From the human T2T-CHM13v2.0 reference genome, Homo sapiens, in contig CP068257.2 in the NCBI GenBank assembly GCA_009914755.4, positions 37,408,001 to 37,472,000 on the forward strand: a stretch of DNA of 64,000 nt, in the 5' to 3' direction. This document shows, piece after piece, positions 13,982 through 27,261 of the stretch. The translations under genes and the position numbers were made by a program. The first letter of the stretch is position 1, and the number at the start of each line of letters is the position of its first letter. The notes beneath the pieces are model-generated. The model had not been told where the DNA came from, did not search any database, and was given only the letters and a program-made list of their open reading frames with translations.

Positions 13982-15333
13982 CACTGCAGAGAGCTGCTGG
14001 TGGAAAGCGTCCCTCGTCACGCCCCCTCCCAGGCTCCCCATTGCGTGGGATCTAGTGTGGTGCACTGTGCCCCACCCAGCACAGGCAAAGAAGAGAAACT
14101 GATCTTACCAGCCACTCAGGGTCCTTTCACAACCACACACCTCAAAGAAGGATAAAGCCATCCATGAGTAACCCCAAGTCACCATAAGAGGTGCCCTTAC
14201 TTCAGAGCTAACCTAGCCTCTGGGAGCCAAAAAGAGCAAAGAAAGCCCCAAGACACGGATCTCAGCCCTTTGTCACTGGATGGTGTCCTCCCAGCCTGCT
14301 CACTCCTATGGGGCAGGGGGCCAGAAGCAGGGGACAGCTTCCCTCTAAGATCTGCACAAAGAACACTAGGAGGGCATTTGGGCAGTGAGTTGTCACCTAC
14401 AGATCAGAGGTTGAACGAGCTCACTGGGACCTCCCTTGGCTCCAGTTCACTAAGGAACATGAAATGCTTTAGGGAGCATGGAGTACATACGCTGGGAAGA
14501 AAAGATCCCCAGCAAAGCAAGGAGAGCCAGTGCCAACATCGAATGGTGACCGGAAAGGCTAACATCCATTTATCCAGCAAGTCAGGCCGCCTCGGAGCCC
14601 TCTGCCTGCCCCAGGCCGCTATTCCCAGGCCAACCCAGGGCCTCTCCTTCTGGTGCAGGGGTTCTCAAGATGGCGCCCCCTCCTGGTTCTAGGTGGGCAA
14701 GGGTCAGGCCCTCCTACCTGGGTCCCTCAGTCCTGTCCACGTTCCAGGGTCTCAACCTCAGCCAGGGGCCTGGAGGGGCCTCTTGAGGACACTCATCTGT
14801 ACCCTGGTCTCCTCTCTAGCTGCCCCACTTTCAGCCTACAGGTTGACTCATTGGGAAATGATTCCTACGTCATTTCCTGCATCCTCTCTGCTTTATGGAG
14901 AATCTGTGATGTCTGAACAGGAGGCCTGGCCCTGGGGCCTGTCTCTGACAACATCCCGACTCCTCTGAAAGGTGCAAATGACACGTCCTTCTCTGCAGAA
15001 CTTCTGTCTTGGCTGGGCTGTGGTAGCCAAAGCCCCTGGGCTTCACGTTCTTCTAGAGAAGTGCCTGCCATGCCCAGCCTAGAAGGCTGGCTCCCAACGC
15101 TAAAAGGAAGCTTTTCTCTCTTAAGAACCCAGCTTTGTAAATAAAAGCCTCCTGTGTCGTTATTATTGTTCTTTTAGGTAATTTTTTTCAAGTTGGCATT
15201 TTGAAATAATTTCAAATTTACTGAAGAGTTGCAAAAATAATACAGAAATGTCCTATATAAACTTTGCCTACCTCCACCGATGTCTTAAAATTATTAACAG
15301 CATTGTTAACACAATCATCCCGTCTTAGCCTCA

Positions 15334-15684
15334 GTTTCACTTTCTGAGGTTTCAGTTACCCGCCATCAACTGTTGTCCAAAAATATTAAGATATTTTGAG
15401 AGAGACAGAGGGAGAGAGAGATCATATTTACATAACCTTTAGTACAGTACATAGAAATCATATTTACATAATCTTCAGTACAGTATATTGTTATAATTTT
15501 TCTATTTCATTATTTATTATTGTTATCGATCTCTTACTGTGCCTAATTTACAAATGAAACTTTATCATAGGTATGTGCATATAGGAAAAAAACATACAAT
15601 GTGTAGGGTCCAGTACTCTCTGAGGTCTCAGGCAGCCCCCGGGAGTCTTGGAACAGATCTCCATGGATAAAGAGGGCTGCCATA
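15334..15684 (+). mobile_element. Tigger1-derived DNA transposon (internal-deletion derivative, TcMar-Tigger)
   Basis: The 5' part 'tttcagttacccgccatcaactgttgtccaaaaatattaa' and the 3' terminus '…aaactttatcataggtatgtgcatataggaaaaaaacatacaatgtgtagggtccagtactctctgaggtctcaggcagcccccgggagtcttggaacagatctccatggataaagagggctgcca' match the Tigger1 ends ('…ggttcggtactatccgcggtttcaggcatccactgggggtcttggaacgtatcccccgcggataaggggg'). Confidence 0.6.
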
Positions 15685-17637
15685 TTTGAGGAAAGGAAAA
15701 TGCATGAAGTAACATTTCCAACTTTTGTCTCGTCAACTAAACTGAAACTTTGACACACGTCTATGTAATAGAATGAGAAACATGTGCTTCTGAAACATTT
15801 TGAAAGTGATGCTTTTCTGTCAGTACTCAACCCTTTTCTTTCAAGACTCTCATGCTTGAGATATCTACAAAGCCCATATACATTCCTCACCTGCATTTAA
15901 AAAGCCGCTACTGTCCATTCCTCACCCTTTGTTGCTTGAGAGCTTCCCCAGAGATGTAAGCCAACCATGCTACCCCTCAGAAGCTAAACAGCACCTCCTT
16001 CTTGTAGGAGCTCCTTTAGGGGTGACTCGGGCTCCAACCTAATGGATTTGCACACTCAGGCACTCTCTCGGGGCATGTTCACAGCACATGAAACCTGTCC
16101 AAAGACAACTATTAAAATTCTAAAATTCCACCCTCTGTCCAACAAGTTTCTGAACACTTGGTCTCTATGCCTCCCTGCTAAAAACCAAGCTAAAGAGATG
16201 AACCATGGATCAATAGAGGTTTGCTTTGCTGAGCCAACTAGTGAGGACTTGGGTTGGTGCCTTTCTGCATTTATCATGGTTACATGGTCATTAAGGGTGA
16301 CATTTGTTAAAACTGAAAAGTCATTAACCCCAGGGGCAGGACTGCCCCCGGTTCACAGTGGGGCTATTCCCTGTCTAGAAAAATGAAGGGGTTTTAGTTA
16401 AAAGGATTTGAGCTGCTTGCCATCTGGATTTTATTTTGCTTTTCTATTATTTTTAAGCAGATTTAATGTTTGAATGGGTAATGCATCTACATGATATCAA
16501 AAAGTTTAAGAAGGTGTATATATGAGCAGTTCCTTCCCTTTCCTCTCTCACAGTCACGTTATTCCCACCATGGCCTATGAGTTTCCATTCTTAATAGACG
16601 GTTTTATAGTCTTCAAAGGTTACTACACGAATACAAGCAAAGGTATACTCCCGCCCCCACCACAAAGACTGGCACTCTACAAAACTTGCTCTGTGCCTTC
16701 ATTTTTGATTTAACACTACTTCTTGGAAATTTTTCCCCAATGGTACAAGAAAACACATTTTTGTTTGTTTCAGCCCTATTGTATTCCATTTATATAGACA
16801 ACATACTTAACTAGTCTTCTCTTAGGGGACAATTACATGGTTGCCAACACTGCAATTATAAAACGACACAAATCTATGTGTCAGATGGTATCTGTTCACT
16901 AGCGACTAGGATGGTGCCAGAGGAGGGCACGGAAATGGTAAACAAATCACATGTGGGGGGACCCTCAAAGGCTGTGTCTCAGTTGTGAAAAACAGATTTT
17001 CATCAGGCAGTACACATCTATACTCCATTTTACACTTTAGATGGAGCTAAAGATGTTTCCCTCTCCACCTGAGTTCTGCCAGAAATGTGTCTGAGAATTT
17101 GCCCCCAGTCTAAGGACATGAAACCCCTTGTTCCCAATATACAAGCATGGAGGGGCACCACAGATTAAAGTAAGATCAATGTTACCAGAACAATAAAAGG
17201 GCTCGCTAGCACCTTTAAATTTCCACTAATACTTTATTATTTTTACTCCAAACCCTTTGTTACGTTAAGAGACAGCAAATTCCAAAGAACAAACTAATTT
17301 TAGCCAGAGAGAGCACAAGCAACATGCCTATCCGGGAGGAAGTGCTCAGGAAATGATAGCTTCAGATAATACACCACCCATATCCTACTTCCTATAGTCA
17401 GAAAAAAAGAGCACTAAAAAGTCCCTCAAAACACACAAAGAAACACTAAAAGGAAAGTCCAATGCCTGCAGCCCACCTCAGTTTCCTTCAGTCCCCAATT
17501 TCTAGGTTAATGCTCCAAGATCACAGCCAGACTTCAGGCCCAGGCCTCACCATAGCACTAGATGTTGCTTCTAGAATCAAGCACTGAGTGGCTTCTAGAA
17601 CTGAGGCACTACATCAAACCTTCAGAAAGGCCAACGC

Positions 17638-18154
17638 CCGTGGTTCTCAAAGTGTGGTCAGGCCAGGGACCCCTGGGAGTCCCCAGACCCTTTCAGGGTC
17701 CCCATAAGGTCAAATGATTTTTATAATCATACTAAGATGTCATCTACCCTTTCCACCCTTACTCTGTAAGTGTGCAGTGGAGTTTTCCAGAAGTTTTGTG
17801 ATGTGTGGTAGTGCAACAGATTGAGTACAGAGTCAGATAGGAGAATCTAGCCATCTTCCAGCTGTTAAAGAGACTTGAAAAAATGTAAAATCATACTGCT
17901 CTTCTTATTAGACCATTTTGCCCTTAAAAATTTAGGGTTTTTTAAATAAAAATGTTATTTATATCAACATGTAATAAGTTTATTATGTTAAATGAATAAA
18001 TGTTTTTAAATGTCTTAATTCCACTTTCTAATATGGTAAAAAAAAAAATGCTCAGCTTACCATAATACACACACACAAAAAAAAGCTCTTTGCTGTCTTC
18101 AATAATTTTTGAAAATGTAAAGGGGTCCCAAAAACAAAAAGTTGAGAACCACTG
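17638..18154. mobile_element. Non-autonomous hAT-type DNA transposon (Charlie/MER-like MITE, about 517 bp)
   Basis: Terminal inverted repeats 'c(c/a)gtggttctcaaagtgtgg…' at 17638 and '…gttgagaaccactg' at 18141-18154. The interior is AT-rich. No intact TSD is visible. Confidence 0.5.
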
Positions 18155-19850
18155 CCTCTACAAGAAATGAAGGTATGCCGATGATCAGCTCATTACCATG
18201 AAGTGCTAGGGGGTCAGTGAGCCTGCTTTCTCAGGTCACTCTTCCCTTCTTCATTTTCCTAGCACACAGCACAGTGCCTGCCCGGGGTGGGTGTCCCATG
18301 CATGACAGAGGAAAGGAGGGACAGCATAAGGAAAGCAGGAAGACCTTTCCATTGATTATTATTGAATAACACAACTAAGTCAAATCTAGAAAAACTCTCT
18401 GAAAGTAAATGGCAAGTTATTCTGGGTGCCCTGCTTACCAGTGAGGAAAACAGACAAATGGAAAGAGGTGTGGGAATAGATGGGGAAGAGGAGGGACGGG
18501 TGCATGTGAATGGAATGTTCACCACCAGCAGGGATTGCCCAGCACATCTGGCCCATCCCTCTTCCCATTCACTGCTCTACAAAGAGCTTCCCCACATCAC
18601 CCACCACTACCCCCAGCAGTGGGCACCCAAGTGTGTGCAGCTTCCCGGGACCACCCTTCACACCACACACACACATCCTCACCCATGTCCCAAGCATTGA
18701 ATCCCTGCCCAGCAGCACCACAGCTGCAGAACGGAGCATCTGTGCCAACTTGGATTAAGTGTCCCCATGTGCTCTCAGCCTTCTGCCCCATCTGCACCTC
18801 CAAAGCAAGGCCGGAGGGCTGCTCTATCCACTCACCCACCAATGCTGAGTATAGATGGCTTTCTTGTGTGGCCTAATGGATTTGAAGTGATATCTTCTTC
18901 TTGTCTTTGCCCCTCTCTCATTCCTAATGAGAGTCTCCTCATATGCTTGGGTATTTGGGGAAGGTTACCTCTCTTGTAAATTACCGTTTCTATCGTTCAC
19001 CCATTTTCCCATTAGAATTCCTGCTTTCTTTTATCAATGTGTAGGTATTTCTCAGATATTCTTGATTTATTTTAGTTATGGACATAACCTTCTGCAAGCT
19101 GACACCCTCTCCAAATCCACCATCTTTCCCTAACTTTGTCTTATGGACAACAACATTTTAACATTTTTTAATAATATCTTTTGCATTTTTGTTCACTAAT
19201 CCTTTCCCATTCCTAGGACCAAAGATATGATTCTACATTTTTTCCTACTGAATTTATGATTTTACCTTTCACTTTTAGGTCTTTAGTCCAGCTGGAGTCA
19301 AAGTTTCTAATGAAGCATTTTTTAATTACAAGACAAACAGGGCAGTAGCCAATTATAAAATCTAGGCATTTCCTCAGCAGTCATGACATGCAGAGGGTCA
19401 TGGTTTTGAGCCTGTACCTCTGGGGATTGTTCTGCAGGTGTAATGGCTACCTTCATATGTCAACTTGCCTGGGCCATGAGGAGCCCAGATATTTGGTTAA
19501 ACATGATTCTGGCTGTGTCTGTGACGATGTTTTGAAAGAGATGAACGTTGGATTCAGTAGACTGAGTAAAGCAACCAGCTCCCTTATGCCAGTGGGCCTC
19601 ATCCAATCAGCCAAAGGCCTGCATAGAACAGAAAGGCTGACTTTCCAAGAATAAGGAGGAACTCTTCTCTGCCTGGCTGTCTTCAAGCTAGAGCACCAGT
19701 TTTTTCCAGCCTTCAGACTCAGGCTGGAACCACATCCTTTGTTCTCCTGGGTCTCCAGCTTGCCTGCTGCAAACCTCCATGACCACATGAGCCAACTCCT
19801 TATAATAAATATAAATCTCTTCATTTAAGGAGCATATGAGATATATGTAT

Positions 19851-19894
19851 ACACACACACAAGCACGTACACACACACACACACACACACACAA
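19851..19894. repeat. (CA)n microsatellite, about 20 units, interrupted
   Basis: 'acacacacacaagcacgtacacacacacacacacacacacacaa'. Confidence 0.95.
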
Positions 19895-20744
19895 TCTGTC
19901 CTGTTTCCCTGGAGATCCCTAATACAGTGGATATATTCAAAATTCAAGTGGCTGATGGCACTAGTGATGATGATATTTGCAATTCTGGCTGGTGGCACCA
20001 GAGAGGAAACTTTAACAGAGCTGTTCCATTCAGACCACCTGGAAGAACATTGTTGTCTTATCATGAACAGCCCCACTGAACACCACCATCTTTGGGCTCA
20101 TTTTGGTCCATAGTTTCCAATAAAAATGAATGCAGGTTCATATGTGTTAGGAATGGGTGTCACCTGGGAAGTGTGTGAAACACATCCATGTTTCAATAAC
20201 CGGAGCCTGCAGTCACTAGGACCTGGGTGAGCATTCTGCACACTTCATCCTGTGGTCTCACTGGTGGCCTAAGTTCCCATTCAAGCCTCAATGGAGACAC
20301 TCCAGGAAATGCTGAGACATGACCAGTGAACACAGAGGGACACATCACACCTGGAGAAGCCTCCCGAAGGTCATTGGCTGAATTTCCTTCCAGCACCAGC
20401 TTCAAAAAGCGATTCTTGTGTGACTTTGAGCCCAGGCTTTGTTGGGGAACATGGTGGCAACTTGACTTCTTTAAATCCAACTGAGGCAAAGTCAGACCCA
20501 CTGTCAGAGACTCTCACTATCAAAGCTGTAGCCAGATGTCAGGTGGAGTTCCCCCTTCCCCTCAGGCCTAGAGGAAGTGGGCCTAAACCCCCAGCTCCAT
20601 GTGGACTGTGGCAATACCAGGCCCTGTCCATCATCTCCGATGGTTCCTAAGGTTACAGCCTCAGAGTCCCAGTGCCTGGACACGTACTCCTGTATGCACT
20701 GTCTCTGTCTCCATCTGTGTTGACCTGGCTGGAACACACAACCT

Positions 20745-20978
20745 ATATATATATATAACTACATACGACTATATATATAACTATGTATATAACAATATAT
20801 GCATAACTATATATATAAAATATATATAATGGAATATTATTCAGCCCTAAAAAAGAATGAGATCTTACAATTTGCCACAACATGGATGAGCCTGATAAGC
20901 CAGACACAGAGAGAATATTGCACGAACTTACTTATACGTGGAACTCAAAAAAATCAAATATATATATATATATATAAT
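20745..20978. repeat. TA-rich simple repeats ((TA)n and TATATAAC-like blocks)
   Basis: 'tatatatatataactacatacgactatatatataactatgtatataacaatatat…' and 'aaatatatatatatatataatg'. Confidence 0.8.
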
Positions 20979-22009
20979 GTTTATTTATCCCTTCATCCAT
21001 TGATAAACACTTGGGTTGTTTCTGTATCTTAGCTACTGTGAATATTATTCCCAATGGCATCTTTTCTCCTAAGGATACTAATCCTATAAGATTAGGGTCT
21101 CACACTTAAGACCTTGTTTAACTGTAAGTACCTCTTTAGAGGCTCCAAATATAGCCACAGTGGTTGTTGGGGGTTTAACAAATGCATTTGTGACACACAA
21201 ACATTCAGCCCACAACATGGTCTTTTACCACTTCATGCTACCTCTCTGCACCAATATATCAACATGCAAAAGTGACATTAATATTTTAGGTATTTTCAGT
21301 CACAACATCCTAAACTGAGACTCAGGTCTTCACTGACCTAAACAGTTTTTCATTTAAACTTCTTTTGTTTAACTTTTTCTTATTTATGAAGGAGAGACAT
21401 TGGAAACACTCAGATGCAGGAATCCAAGTTAGGAAGATAGAGCCAATTGTTTGCTTGATGATTTCCAAGAATTCTTTGTACCTTTGAGCCTCTCTTTCAA
21501 TTCTCTAACAGGTTTAGATATTACAAATATTTTCTCCCAGTCTGACACTTGCCTCTTCACTTTATCGAAGGTTCCCTATCTTGGACAGAAACTCTTCATT
21601 TTAATGTGATCGATAGGATACTGACGTGATCAGGACAGATACATTTGGAAGGACAAAGAACAACTTGCAATTTTCCTTTGATAGGCTAACCCCCACAGTG
21701 CCAGCCATGCCCAGTAAATCTATTCCACATTCAGAACACTGTAGACTTAAAATATTCCCAAAAGAATATTGAGACTTCAAATCAATGAAAGATAGGAACA
21801 AGAGGAAAATAAGACTTGCTCCCAGCTGTGAAAGACATAATCTTCTAATATACTGGTTCTCTTGCAAAGCAGAAATCATTTTTCTCAGTTCATCGGAGTC
21901 ATAGGTGTTCTCACCACAGGAGAAAATTTGAAATGCAAGGGGTGGGACTTCACATGGCCAAGTGATTTCATGCAAAAGCTCCTGGGATTCACAGATAGGC
22001 AGGGCCTGA

Positions 22010-22395
<386 letters not shown>

Positions 22396-22689
22396 TAAGA
22401 GGGTCCCTGGGTCTCAGGGGGAAGGCAGGTGGGCAAACGAGTAAATGAAACATAGCAGACTTCACCCTGGAGAAACAAGGGGCCATGAGAACGTGCCAAA
22501 GGCAGCAGCTCCCAGTCAAGAGACCCAAAGATGCTTTCAGAGGGAAGGGAAATCTGAGCTAGGTTTTGAAAAATGAAAGACAACAAAGAAGAGTAGTCCC
22601 ACCTGTGGGCCTTGGAACAGACGGACACAGTGCAATCCAGCTTCCAGAACTTTCCATGTGTGGGGTGAGGAAGTGAGGAAGTCGTGCCT

Positions 22690-23215
22690 CACAGTGTCTT
22701 TTTTTTAATATTTTCAAGTTTTTTTTCTACTTTTTATTTTACCTTTTTTATTGTGGTAAATTATACTTAACGTAAAATTTATATCTTAAGCGTTTTAAGT
22801 GCACAGTTCAGCAGCATTAAACACATTCAGGCTGTTGGGCAGCCATCACCACCATCCATCCACAGAACTTTTTCATCACCCCAAACTGAAACTTGTATCC
22901 ATTAATCACTCCCCTTTCCCTCCCAGCCCCTGGCACCCACCATTCTACTTTCTATCTCTATGGATTTGACTGTTCCAGGAACCTCATACAAGTGGAATCA
23001 TATATATGGTTTTCTGTGATTGGTTTATTTCACTTATCATAATGTCCTCAAGGTTCATGCATGTTGCAGCATGTGTCAGCATTTCCTTCTTTTTCAAGGC
23101 TGAATAATATTATTACGTGGATGGACCACATCTTGCTTCTCCATTCATCTGTCAAAGGACACTTGGGTTGCTTCCACCTCTCGGCTTCTGTGAATGACGT
23201 GTCTGTACACGGCAG
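22690..23215 (-). mobile_element. Old LINE-1 (L1M/L1P-class) 3'-end fragment, antisense
   Basis: 'ttttattgtggtaaattatacttaacgtaaaatttat…cagttcagcagcattaaacacattcaggctgttgggcagccatcaccaccatccatccacagaactttttcatcaccccaaactgaaacttgtatccattaa…cataatgtcctcaaggttcatgcatgttgcagcatgtgtcagcatttccttctttttcaaggctgaataatatt' matches the antisense older-L1 3' region. Confidence 0.75.
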
Positions 23216-23687
23216 TGGACCCAGGCCTGCCCATGTCCCCGCCACTCCTCATAGCACCTACCCCTGACCTCGGCGCCGGGGGTCTCCCCTGCATTTGTGT
23301 GGTGTCTCTGATCATGCTGGTTCCTAGACATTCACCCTTCAGTCCCAGTGGTAGCAATGCTGACTTTGTGCCTCTTCCGCAGCCCCTCTGTACTCATCTG
23401 AGGAGGTGACTATTCCAGGAAATGCTCCAGAACAATTCTCTGCAGAATGCCCCAGGCCCTGGCAGCTGGAAAGGACATCTGAGTCTTCTCTTCCTGAGCA
23501 AGCATGCATTTCAAGGAGGGAAGGTCAGATGACACAGTACCAACCCACCTTCTGAATGTCCCAGAGAAGCCATTGCCAGGCAATATTTTTAGGACCTCCA
23601 TGAGCAGAGAACAGCATTTTTTCCTGGAGGTTATTAGCAGGCTCAGTGCAATGCAAACATCAGATAACAGCATTGCACTCTATAAAG

Positions 23688-23712
23688 TGTGTGTGTGTGT
23701 GTGTGTGTGTGT
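23688..23712. repeat. (GT)12 microsatellite
   Basis: 'gtgtgtgtgtgtgtgtgtgtgtgta'. Confidence 0.95.
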
Positions 23713-24198
23713 ATACATGTGATGCAGACTGGCACCCAACAGCAAAAGACCTCCATGTAGCCTGGGCCACCAGGCCACAAGAATGACTCTCTAGGGATCA
23801 TATGTCCCAAGAGCAAGCTCAATGCTCCTCTAACTGGACAATTCCCACCCACCCCTGGGATGAGCCAGCATGACTGTGCCATTGATACCTGGAGCAGGAA
23901 TTCAACCTGAAGATCTAGGGGTGGGGCGGGATTCCGATGGAGGGAAGAAGAGTGAAGTGTTTAATTGGTGATCAATATATGCATATCAAGAACAAACAAC
24001 TACAGTATGAGGTGGAATACAAAAATTCTCACGAATTTGTGCAGAACATGAGAAAGCATCTATCTGTTTAAACAGCCTCCAAGGACAGTGCCATATTGGT
24101 ACCAGAAAGAAGGAACGGTCCTGCTCCTTTATTCCTTCCTCTCCTGGCCCCTCCCCTCCCTGGAGACAGGTAGGGGGAGGGGAGAGGAGGAAGGAGCT

Positions 24199-24512
24199 TA
24201 TATTAGTCTGTTTTCATGCTGCTAATATAAGACATACCTGAGACTGGGTAATTTATAAAAGAAAGAAGTTTAATGGACTCACAGTTCCACATGGCTTGGA
24301 AGGTCTCAAAATCATGGCGGAAGGCAAAGGAGAAGCAAAGGTATGTCTTACATACGTCTCATGAGACATATTCACTATCACAACAATAGCACGGGAAAGA
24401 CCTGCCCCCATGATTCAATTACCTCCCATCAGGTCCCTCCCACAGCACGCAGTAATTATGGGAGCTACAATTCAAGATGAGATTTGGGTGGGGACACAGC
24501 CAAACCTTATCA
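24199..24512 (-). mobile_element. THE1B-like MaLR solo LTR (antisense)
   Basis: Near-consensus reverse complement of THE1: 'tattagtctgttttcatgctgctaataaagacatacctgagactgggtaatttataaaagaaagaagtttaatggactcacagttccacatggcttggaaggtctcaaaatcatggcggaaggcaaagg…cgggaaagacctgcccccatgattcaattacctcccatcaggtccctcccacagcacg…gggagctacaattcaagatgagatttgggtggggacacagccaaaccttatca'. No THE1 internal sequence is adjacent, so it is a solo LTR. Confidence 0.85.
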
Positions 24513-25096
24513 GAGCTATCCTAAGTAAAAAGACAAGAACCAACCCCCCATTCCCAAGGCATATTTTCTGTCTGCAGCTGGCCCTGGAAGAAAAGAATCT
24601 TCTATTTTGAGTGAGGTGAGGAGTTTTCATGAGTAGATGAGGCTGGACATACTAATTACTGAGCAGAGAGAGACTTTATGGAGAATGAAATGCCCAGAGA
24701 ATTTTTGATGATGAGAAAGTCACCAGAGGAACAAAGGAATCTGCCTTGATTTCAATCAAGGCGTCATGGAAGAGGAGCTCATCTCATGGGAACAACATGC
24801 AGAAAAGAATCCAGTTGTTTCCCTGTAGCCTATAAGTCCTGTCATTCACTGTTCTGGGAAAACCCTCCCTGGCCTGCAGGCTGGTTGACGAGTTGTTTGG
24901 AGGTTACCAGGGAAACGCCTCAAGGTGGGGCTTTCAGAGAACAGGAGCCACAATAGGGCCTCCGAGCTCAGGAGCCACAGCCGTGATACAGCCTCTGATA
25001 GTAAATTCCCTACAGGGATAAAAAGATAGGAGCCCTGGAGGGGATGATTCTTAAAGTCATTCTCACATGCAGTCGACATGCATGAGGTTGCCTGAT

Positions 25097-25230
25097 AAAA
25101 TACAGGACACCCAGTTAAAGCTGAATTACAGATAAACAATGACTAATTTTTTAGTATAAGTACATCCCAAATATTGCAAGAAATGTATCTGAAATATATT
25201 GCAAAAAATAAAAAATTAGCACTGGTTATC
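25097..25230. mobile_element. Partial palindromic MITE (one arm, same family as 49597-49821)
   Basis: 'aaatacaggacacccagttaaagctgaattacagataaacaatgactaattttttagtataagtacatcccaaatattgc'. Confidence 0.4.
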
Positions 25231-25904
25231 TGAAATTTAATTTAACAAGTCATCCTATATTTTTACAGTTTTACTGAGTTATAATTTACATACTATTCAA
25301 CCCTACCATTTAAAGCGTACAATTCAATGCTTTTTAATATATTCACGAGGTTGTGCAACCATCGCCACAATCAATTTTAGAACATTTTCATCAGCCCCAA
25401 AGGAATCCACATCCATTAGTCACACCCACTCCCTATGCCAGCCCCAGCCCCAGGCCCTGACATCCACTAATCTACTTTCTGTCTCTAGAGATCGGCCTAT
25501 TCTGGACATTTTGTATAAATGAAAGCACACAACATGTGGTCTTCAGGAGTGGCTTCTTTGATTTAGCATGTTTTTTCAAGGTTCATCCATGTTGTAATAT
25601 GTATCAGTACTTCATTCCTTTTTATTGCTAAATAATATTCCACTGTATGGATACAACAGATTTTATTTATCCAATCATCAGTTGATGCACATTTGGGTTG
25701 CCTCCACTTTTTTGGCTATTATAATAAAACTGCTGTAAACACTTGTGTTTAAGTTTTTTGTAAACATATGTTTTCATTTATCTTGCATATATATATATAG
25801 GAATACAATTTCCGGGTCACATGGAAACTCTATGTTTAACATTTTGAGAAATTTCTAAACTGTTTCCCATAGCAGCTGCACTTTTTAAAAATATATATAT
25901 ATGC

Positions 25905-26163
25905 GGCCAGGCGCGGTGGCTCACGCCTATAATCCCAGCACCGTGGGAGGCCAAGGCAGGCGGATCACGAGGTCAGGAGATTGAGTCCATCCTGGCTAAC
26001 ACTGTGAAACCCCGTCTCTACTAAAATATAAAAAAAATTAGCCGGGCATGGTGGTGGGTGCCTGTAGTCCCAGCTACTTGGGAAGCTGAAGCAGGAGAAT
26101 GGCGTGAACCCAGGAGGCAGAGCTTGCACTCCAGCCTGGGTGACAGAGCGAGACTCCATCTCA
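25905..26163 (+). mobile_element. Alu SINE (AluY/S-like) nested in the old L1, followed by a (TA)n(CA)n tail
   Basis: 'ggccaggcgcggtggctcacgcctataatcccagcaccgtgggaggccaaggcaggcggatcacgaggtcaggagattgagtccatcctggctaacactgtgaaaccccgtctctactaaaat…gagactccatctcaaa', then 'tatatatatatatat gtacacatacacacacacacacacaca' (26166-26208). Confidence 0.9.
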
Positions 26164-26396
26164 AATATATATATATATATGTACACATACACACACACAC
26201 ACACACATTCTCACTAGCAACATCCAAGGGTTCCAATTTCTTCACATCCTCACTACATTTATTAGTTTCTGGTTTTTTCATGATAGACATCCTGGTGGTG
26301 TGAAGTGGTATCTCATTGTGATTTTGATTTACATTTTTCTAATGGCTAACGAACATCTTTTCATGTGCTTATTGGTCATTTATGTATCTTCTTTTT

Positions 26397-26757
<361 letters not shown>

Positions 26758-26944
26758 TAATTGAGTTGTTTATCTTTCTGTTATTGATTTTTAAGGGTTC
26801 TTTATATGTTCTGGATACTAGACCTCATCAGATATATGACTTGCAAATCTTTCCTCCCATTCTGTGGGCTGTCTTCTCATTTTCTTGATGGTCTCCTTTG
26901 AAACCCAAAACTCTTTCATTTTGATAAAGTCCAATTTATCTATT

Positions 26945-27261
26945 TCTTGTTGTTGTTGTTGCTGTTGTTGTTGTTGTTGTTGTTGTTTTGAGAGAGAGTT
27001 TCACTCTGTTGCCCAGGCTGGAGTGCAATAGTGCACTCCAGCAACCTCAGCCTCCCAGGTTCAAGAGATTCTCCTGCCTCATCCTCCCAAGTAGCTGGGA
27101 TTACAGGCGTGCCATCATGCCCAGCTAATTTTTGTATTTTTAGTAGAGACAGGGTTTTGCCATGTTGGCCAGGCTGGTCTTGAACTCCTAACCTCAAGTG
27201 ATCCACCCGCCTCGGCCATCCAAAGTGCTGGGATTACAGGCATGAGCCACCACACCTGGCC
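26945..27261 (-). mobile_element. Alu SINE (antisense) whose tail has become a (TTG)n microsatellite (26945-26988)
   Basis: 'ttgttgttgttgttgctgttgttgttgttgttgttgttgttttgagagagagtttcactctgttgcccaggctggagtgcaatagtgcactccagcaacctcagcctcccagg…gggattacaggcatgagccaccacacctggcc'. Confidence 0.9.
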
